Shown here: piece by piece, positions 44,412 to 54,200 of the stretch | Layout: every line of letters begins with the position of its first letter | How positions within the stretch are numbered: position 1 is the first letter of the stretch | Origin: Chrysomallon squamiferum | Lineage: Eukaryota > Animalia > Mollusca | Direction: 5' to 3' | Assembly (NCBI GenBank): GCA_012295275.1 | Contig: CM022665.1 | Coordinates: forward strand, 34,968,001-35,032,000 | DNA length: 64,000 nt | Translations under genes and position numbers: made by a program | The notes under the pieces: generated by a model | Databases searched by the model: none | What the model saw: the letters and a program-made list of their open reading frames with translations, nothing else | Told to the model about the DNA's origin: nothing

Positions 44412-46271
44412 ACACACATTTAACATTAAATTTGTTAATATAGCTAAGAAAAGACTACATTTAAAATATATTTTTTCACCATAATATATTGAATAAACAT
44501 ACATTTTACTTGCTATTTTTTTTTTTTTTTTTTTATTTATTTATTTATTTATTTATTTATTTTCTGTTTCAGTCTGAAAAGACAAGAGAGGTACTGAGTA
44601 TTATTAGTGCTATTGGTTGTGCCATTTCTATATTCTGTCTTGTCCTCACCGTTGGAATATATATTGTTCTGTGGAGGTAAATGTTTTGATTAACAAAATG
44701 TAGATTATTATCATTTTTAATTTTTTTTTATGAGAGTATTATATATCAAATCAGTGTTATTGCACATATTATTATTATCATCATCATTACCATCATCATC
44801 ATTATCATCACTATTATATTAGAATGTAACATATTTTCTACAAAATAACAAAAATTATGGACTTACTATTTTTTAAATAATAATGATTTTTTAAAATCAA
44901 ATTTCATTCACGTTTTATTGTAAATCAGAAAGAAAATCAATATGAGAGAGAATTAATAAAAAATTAAAAATTAAAAAATGGAATCATTATAAAAGAAAGT
45001 CTAAAAGACAAAAAGAAAGAAAATTAAAACTTCATTCACATTTAAAATTTAGAAATGAATGTAAAATTATTTCATTATAAATGACATTTATTGCTTTATC
45101 TTTCAACGTCTATATTATTTATTATAATTAATGCCTAGTTAAGTCTTTGTATGGAGAAAAAAATAATAATTTGAAGACAAATAATTTAAAAATTTGTTGC
45201 AGTAGTTATTCATTACATAAAATGCTATAATACTGATAAGATATATTTCATTTCAGATATGTGAAGACTGAAAAACCAGACAGAGTAATTATCCTGATGA
45301 ATCTCTGCGTGGTACTCATAATAGCTTATCTTTTGTTTTTACTTGGTATCAACAGAACAGAATATGTTGTAAGTAAAGTTGATTTATTGCAGATAAATAG
45401 CTTCAGGCCACTTCAAGACATTAGAAATTCAAATCTCTTACATTTGATATTCCTATTAATAAATTAATTGTAAAACTGTAATCAGCATAATTTATTTTTC
45501 ATTAAAAGGCACAGATAAAAATTTTAACACAGTAAATTACCAATCAAAACATTTCTAAAAACAAAAGAAATTCTAATTTCAGAGAATCTAAAAGGGAAAA
45601 CAGTTTAATGAAACTTTGTATTTTACTCATCTTTTTCTTCTAATATTTGAATATGATGCTCTAAATATTGTATTAAAAGACAGAAATAAATGACACAATG
45701 TATTTTTTTATCTTATCTGGTTTGTTGTACTGGGCAGTAGTCTACACAGGTTTTATTAAAGGCTTTATATGTTTCCGTCTCTGATAAGGCATATATACAA
45801 TTATAAAATTGACAGCAGCAGGTTTCCTCTCTTGTCTATCAGTATACATAGGTGATACTTAGTAAATCACTAACTGAAGTATGGGCTGTGTTACTAAACA
45901 ACTATTAAGTAACTAATTTATTAGTTCATTAATTCCTCCCTGTTTTTATTTCACAGAATGTTTGCACAGTTATTTCTGTTCTACTTCATTATTTTTACCT
46001 GGTTGTGTTCTTCCTAATGTTGGCTGAGGGTATAGAATTATTTGTGTGTGTTATTTACGTGTTCAATCTGAAATCGAGGCTTAGATGGCTAATGGTGATG
46101 TCTTGGGGTGAGTAACTATAACTAGTAATGAAATTATCAAATAATCTCATTGGTTTTAAACATAACTGATACAAGCATTAACAGGAGCTTTGAATATTGT
46201 ATTTATCTTTCTAATACCAGTTATATTATTCTGTTAATATGGTTATTAATACTATTATTATTATTATATAT

Positions 46272-46321
<50 letters not shown>

Positions 46322-48234
46322 TGACAATGGAAAAAGGGTTGTTATATTTGACATATTTGTTCAATTTTAAAACTGACTTAAACATAATGTATTATTTATT
46401 AGAAAACCCAATTCAAAACTTTAACACAGTATTAAAACTGTAATCAAGATATCATAGATAAATTAGATAATAATTTATTTAATGTTTTGTATTTTAGGTT
46501 TTCCAGCTGTGATTGTGGGAATATCTATTGGTATCACAAAACTCAAAGGATATGGAAATGATGATTTGTAATTTATAATATTAATAATGTTTAATTCATA
46601 TTGTTTCCTCTGAGCATATCCAATCAAATAATAAAGAAATCAATATTAAATATATGAACAATACTGAAACACTTTTTACACAACATTTATAACACATTTT
46701 TAGTTTCTTTTTTAAATTTCTTTTTCTTATTAATATTATTAATTTACAAATAATAATATAATTAAATTTCTTATTATTACCCACTGAAAGGAATGTTTCT
46801 TTCTTTTTAATATTTGTGATAATATTCTTTATTTGATACATATATCAGAATCATTTTGTAAATAAGATTTACTAACTACACTTTTTTTTTTTTTTTTTTT
46901 TTTTGTGATGTTAAAATAATATTATTAATGTTCAGTACTAAATCTTTGGTATTTTTATTAATATATCATAGACATACCGTATATACTTGTGTATAAGTCA
47001 AATTTTTGGGAGACTATATTAAGGTAATATTTGGGGGGTCGACTTATACATAGGTAATGCTTTTGTAGCTGTTGCTGAAGAGTCGCCATTTTGACTGTTT
47101 TTTGTTACGGGATGCATCTAAAATAATCGCGGTCTTTCAGCTTTTCAAAAATATAATTTTATCATATAAAAAATTTTGAAAAATTAAATGACAAAACCAA
47201 ATATGAATGTAAAACATGATATTCTTCCGTTTAATGACATAAAAATACATTTTAAAGCGAGAAAACCGTCAGTACGGCATTATGCCTTACGGCGTCTTGC
47301 AATGATCTAGGAATGCAGACTTCTCTGCAAAATTGCACTAAATATCGGTCCTAATTTCATAAACAAAACTCACTTGTGTAATTGTAAAGAATTTGGTGAA
47401 ATAATATTGCAATCGTGAAATCATAGAACGGCTAAATATAATGGTAAGTTAGGTCTCCATGTTAGACCTATTACATTAAAGAGATACTATTTATGATACA
47501 TTTAGGCTATAGCTCATGTAATACATGCATTTACGTTATTATGGTATGTTCGTGCAAGTTACAGCTCGTGCAAGTTATGTTACAGTAGGCATACAATGTA
47601 GGCCTTCATGGCACTGTCACACTGGTCTAAAAATAGTGACGGTGCCTGGAATCTACAGTCGACTTATACACAAGTAATACCTAAAATGACGCAATTTTTG
47701 GTCTTAAAATACACATCGACTTATACATAAGGTCGCCTTGTACACAAGTATATACGGTAATTTTTATCACTGTAACATTATTGTAAAATTTAAGTTATTT
47801 ATATAACATTTCAGTTGCTGGTTGTCACTAGATGAGGGGCTTCTGTGGGCATTTGTTGGTCCTGCTTTGTCAATCATAGTGGTGAGTTTATCAGTATTTA
47901 ATAAATTATTTTATTGGGTTTTTTTTAATGTTTAAATCCATTTTTATTTGAATATATGTTTTGTCTGTGGTATGTATTTGTATGATTAAAGATTTATGTG
48001 TGTCATCAAACATTTATTAAACATCATCGATCTGGTGTAGCAAAAATTAATAATTTATTTGGTCAAATAATTTATAGTATAAATTACATTCAGTGTTTTG
48101 AAGAAAACTGACTCATAGATTCATCATTAAATTATTTGGACTGCTCCATCTGAATAATATATTAAAATTAAATCTGATTATGTATATGTTACTGATTATT
48201 AAACTTTGCCAAATAGAAGAAAAAAAATATATAT

Positions 48235-48278
<44 letters not shown>

Positions 48279-51200
48279 TAATAACAATAAATGTATTCCT
48301 TTATTTAGGTTAAGTTAAGAATTTCAATAATTAGTTTTTTTTTCTTTCAGTAGCAAAAATACATTTATATTTATTTGGTTTAATTTGTTTGTTTTTTTTT
48401 TTTTTTTCATTACATTAGAAGCATGATCTTTTCCAGCCAATAATATACATAAGAAAAATGATAAATAACAATAAAAATATGTGTTCACATGCAGCAACAT
48501 TTTTATTAAAAAGCTGTTTATTTTATTTTTTTATTTCAGATCAATTTTATTATTGTTATTATTGTGTTGAAAACAATGTTTAGCACAACAGCCATGATGA
48601 CTAAAGATGCCAAAGAAAAAGGAAAGTAAGTGTGTCTATTTATAAAACATTCAAAACACTCACATACATTTGCAAACATATTCTTACACAAACAAAATAT
48701 CAATAACTGAAATTAAATATTCATTTGGGTATTAGATATTTTAAAAATTGTAAACTTTTGTTTGGTTATAATCAGTTTTATCTTATAACCATTGCAAACA
48801 TAAAATATATATTATAATACAAGAGTTAAAATAATAAATTATACATGTGCCAGTAACACAACTTTTTATAAATAATTAAAGATCTGGATATTAATGACTA
48901 AAAGCTTTAAAATACCACAACTAAATCAAACTATTTGCAAAAGTTGCATTTTTTTTTTTTGTCCCCATTTGTTTGATGGTGAATATATATAATGCATGAT
49001 GAACCCTTTAATTTTTTTTTTTTTTTTTAATTAATGTATCGGTATTCTATTACAGTACCTTTATATCTATTCAATGACTACATAGTATTGAAGTTCACTG
49101 AATGTAAGGTATGCCAAAAACATGAACATTCACTGATCCAGTTTTCTTTTCTTTTATTCATTTCATTTTCAGGGCTGGATTAAAAGGATTATGTGTTCTT
49201 CTTCCTGTAATGGGTCTCACATGGGTGTTTGGAGTTTTCTCTGTTAATGAAGATCTTGAAATCTTTCAGTATCTGTTTGCTGTTTTCAACTCACTTCAAG
49301 TTTGTGTTACAGAATGATTATGTTTATTGTTGTTGTTGTTGTTGTTGTTATTGCTACTGTTAGTATTAATATTATTGTTGTTGTTATTGTTGCTGTTGTT
49401 ATAATGTATAATCGTTAATGCATTGTAGTTATTCTTCAGTGATAATGACTGTAAATAAATATATTATTATGGGAAAGGCTTATTAAATATCCATTAAGCA
49501 GTTTATCCATTATCCAATCTAAATCCATATATTTTTATTTCAATGCAAAAATAAAACCACAAGATATTTATAATTTTTTAAACTTGATAATAGTTTTTCA
49601 AAATATATAATATTCAGTAATATCATTGGTTATGCATAGAAAAAAATACTTAAATACAATTTAATTATTTTCAAATAATGATTTAAAAAAAAAACAATTA
49701 GTCATCCATTCTTTATTAATAATAAAATATGAAAATAAAATAAGAAACAATACAACTTTAAATCACTGATATCATGATGTTTTATTATTTTCAGGGTCTT
49801 TTCATTTTTATATTTCACTGTCTTCTGTCAAGACAAGTGAGTCGTTTATATTTTTGTTTTTATTTTCTTTATAGCCATCATTATTGGTATGGAACCTGAA
49901 ATCTAACTATTTAATATTTATATATTTCTTAACACTACATCATTATTAGAAGAAACACTACATATATGATGACAAGGTTCACAGTCATAAAGGTTTATTG
50001 AAAAATGCGTGGTAAATCGGAATTATTATGTTTTAAACCAACATTTGTTACATAATTCATATGACAGTATTTATTTTTTTATTGTCTTTGTTGTTTATCT
50101 TTTTATAATTATTTGTTGTTTTTTATTTAAATATTTTCATAATTACAAATGGCTAACAAATAAAGATATTTTCTGGTCTGTAAAAAATATGCTTAGCTTT
50201 ATCAAATATTTTCCCCATTTCTTGAATTTTTGTCTAAAAACAAAACACAAATATTTCCTTCCAGGTTAAAGATGGAATGAAAAATCGCAAACGTCGCTAC
50301 CTTGCATCTTCTGTTGAAACCAAGTCAACATATTCTCAACAAAATATATTAAATGTAATTTATTTATTTTTTAATTGTGACTATAAATGTATGTTGTACA
50401 CATTTTTATTTATTGCACAGAATTATTTATTTTAAGAGTTATGGTCTATGGAAATCATGTAAATAGCATCATATGTTTTTGAAGTTTAAGCATTAAACAA
50501 AACATTTTAATAAGGAGATAAACCTATTATAATTTAATTTTTGAGTTAGCTTAACAAATATTTAAGACCATTTCTTTATTTCTTTTATTTTTTTTATTAT
50601 TGTTATTATCATTTTATTATTATTACTATTATTATTAGTAGTAGTAGTAGTAGTAGTTGTTGTTGTTGTTGTTGTTTTCTTTTTAGATCCCATCCCAACA
50701 CCCTATGTTTATTTTTTACATTGTTTATTTTTTTTTTAAATTACTTTATATTTCAGAGAAAGACAAGTGATGATACTTCAGCTGATTCAGACCTGGACAA
50801 AAAAGGTAATGCAGTTTAAATGGTAAAAAATTTCACATTGCAACAAATAAACAAACTAATATTTCCTGCATGCTCACCAGAGGCAGTATACTTAATTACA
50901 TATAAATTATATAAATTAAAGCACTTCAAATGTGAGATTTATACAACTTATTTTTTGTTTTATATGTAAGAGAGATTCATAGAATTTTAATAATTACTTG
51001 AAATGGAAAGCTTGGGACAGGAAGTGTTCCAAATTTCTGGATATAGGTTAAATCTATACTTAAAATATAAAATTAAAAAAAGGAAAAATAAAGGATGAAA
51101 CTGTATTTAACAGATACAGATTAATACACTTCTGGAGCAAGGTTAACTTGATCTTTATTAATTCACTTAAATTTCTTAAAATACAGTGTAGAATATTCTT

Positions 51201-54200
51201 TTCATTAGTAAGTTGCATTTCTGCTAGTCTTTTTGATATGATAATAAATGAAAATGAAAGTAAACAAAGCAAAACTAATTAAAAAAAATAGCCAGTTTTC
51301 TGACTTTTTACAGTTTCAATAAGCCAGATAAATGGTTCAGTACCTGTATCTTTTAATTATTATAAGTCATAATTATTATTGTTATTATTAAGTTTATTAT
51401 TATTGTTGTTATTATCATCATTACTATTAACAAGCTTAAAAGGTGTACATGGACCTCTGGCCCATATAATTAAGGGCTTAGAATAATAAAAAATGAATTT
51501 TAATAAGTAAACAATTTTTTGGAGTAAACAGTAAAAGCTATAAAAAATAACTATCACAGTCAATTTGAAATCAATATAGGGCAGCAGGATATACAGCATT
51601 CTTGGTTTTTCCATCTGCTTTTATTTATATAGAAATATTGCAGGGTTTTTTTTTTTTTTTCAGTGTTTACTGTTAACAATATTATGTAAAACAATATTAC
51701 CCTTTTCAGTCTCTCCATTTCTGGAAGCAGACAGACAAGTTCAGCAAATTGCTGACAAACTTTCCAAAGTGGAAAAAGAAAATTTTCTTGACAAAGAAGA
51801 TTGCACTAAAATTAAAACTGCTGACACTGTGGACAAAGTCAACGTCCTAGCTGAGACACAAGAAATAAAAGAAGTAAACAAAGCAGAGAACCTAGAAATG
51901 AGACTGATCCAAGAACAACAGCAGCAGGAACAGAATGTAAACTACTACAAAGATATAGATGATTTCAGATTACAGTCTTATAGAATTCCAGAACAGAGAA
52001 TTGTCCATAAATCTTTACAGCAAGAATCCAGCATTGAAGAAAACATACTGCAAACACCACCAGGACCTAAACCATACAGACAGGTGAAAATAATAATGAG
52101 ATTATACAGATATTTATAAATTTTTTATAGATAATTTAGTCATCAAAAAAGTGTTTACATCCCTTAAGTATGTCTGTCTTGGGCACAAATTCATGAATGT
52201 TGACACTGTTAAAAGTCTCGGTTGTATGTCCAGATAGTACTTGTTTTAATTAGTCTATTAGTTGGAGAGAAGAGAGAATGTGTTGGTCTTTATTTCCCTC
52301 ATTTAGCTCTGTATCTAGATGTGATTCAAGTACATACCAGTTATGAGATAAATGATTTAACTATACAATGATATCCAAGTCTGGTGATGTATATGCAGGT
52401 TTGTATCTTTATTTTATAGAGAAGTCAGTAATCAGAAAAGATCTGGAAAGAAATGTAAAAAAACTGTGAAATAACACATATGATAGAGTTCAATTACCCA
52501 TCTTTATAAAAGACAAAAATATGATCTTCATTTCCAGACATATGTCATCATCAACCAATATATTTTTATTATTTTCAGATATTTTTCATTATCAATCAAC
52601 TAAAATTATTTATCAAAACTATGAAATGTATCTTCAGTAAGCCAAAAGAAGATCTTACAGTTTAGGTCTCCAATTAGTTATTTTTTTTTTTTTTTAATTA
52701 TTATTAAAAATCTGCTTTGACATTATTTCATGTTTAAATACTTAACAGCTTTGTCGTTAATGAGCAAGAAAAAAAAATCCAATAAAACAACAGCACACAA
52801 AAAATTACTTAGTTTTATTCACAGAATTAATAGAGCTATGACTTGAGTTTTCTTGTTTGTGTAGTCAATGGATGGAAAAGAACCAGTCCAAAAACCTAAA
52901 AAAACCAGTGTGCGTGTACTGCCTTTTCCAAACAAATCATTAAATCTGGCCATGGGTTGTAATATGCTTCCTCCTACTAACCTTCAAGAAGATCGGGAGG
53001 TAAGAATCTAAGTAAATATATCTTGCATAGCAGAGCTTATCACTTAAACAGAGGCGTAATCATTATAACCAAAGCAATAGTTATGTAGCATAAGAGAGAC
53101 ATAATCAAAGGTGACCAATGGGCTATAACTAAATATTTTAATTTGCAACTTAATGACATGTAATTATTGTGTATATTCATAAATAAATGTAAATAAATGT
53201 TTATTACAATAATTTTAAAATTTTTAACTAAATATTTTAATTTGTAAATTAATTATATCTAATCATTGTGTTTATTCATAAAATTCAGTAGACAAATATT
53301 TAGTCATAATTAGTCTAAGAATTTATAAAGTGACTAAGTATTTTTACTTGTAAATAAATTAGATATAGTGTTTATTGAACAAAATAAAATACTTGCATGT
53401 ATACCAAAAAAGGAATTTGTTGTATTTAGACAAAGAGTTTATATGCATTTATATGTATTTTAATTTGTTAATAAATTATATTCAATAATATAAAAAAAAA
53501 AAACACCCCAAAATCCCCAGCCACATTAATGTTTATCAAATACAGTTATGCTGTAATTACCCAGCTATTATAACTTATAAATAAATTATATATGGTACAT
53601 ACATTCATAATGATAAACTCCAACGGACAAATGAATGAGATATTGTTGTCACAAATAAAACTAATTGTTATTATCTTTTGATTAAAAACTATTCAGCAAC
53701 ATATTGTAGTGATAAATATTATTTATTTATTTATTTATTTATTCAGATTAGCATACATAAGAGCAGAAAACAACATAATGAAATTAACACTTTTTCATTT
53801 ATTTGTATATATATATATTTTTTTTTTGTGTATTTATTTATTTGCGTTTTTATTTATTTATTTATTTATTTATTTGTTTATTTGTTTATTTATTTATTTA
53901 TTCAGTTTAGGATGTATGAGAGCAGAAAAAGACGTGATGAAATTTACAATGCTCTGAAACAAAGTCAAAGAGAGGATCATCCCTACACTGATTTACAAGT
54001 AAAAATAGACCTTGTTTCTTTAAATTGTAAATATAAGTAAAACTAGCATAACAAAATAATGTACAACCAGTGTATTTAACTGTGTGTGTGCACATGTACC
54101 TTTTTATATCTATGTTGTCAAAACATATCTTAATATATTACAGACAAGATATGTTCCTGGTTGTGGTCCCAGAAGACATGGTAACTCTGATTCAAGCCTG

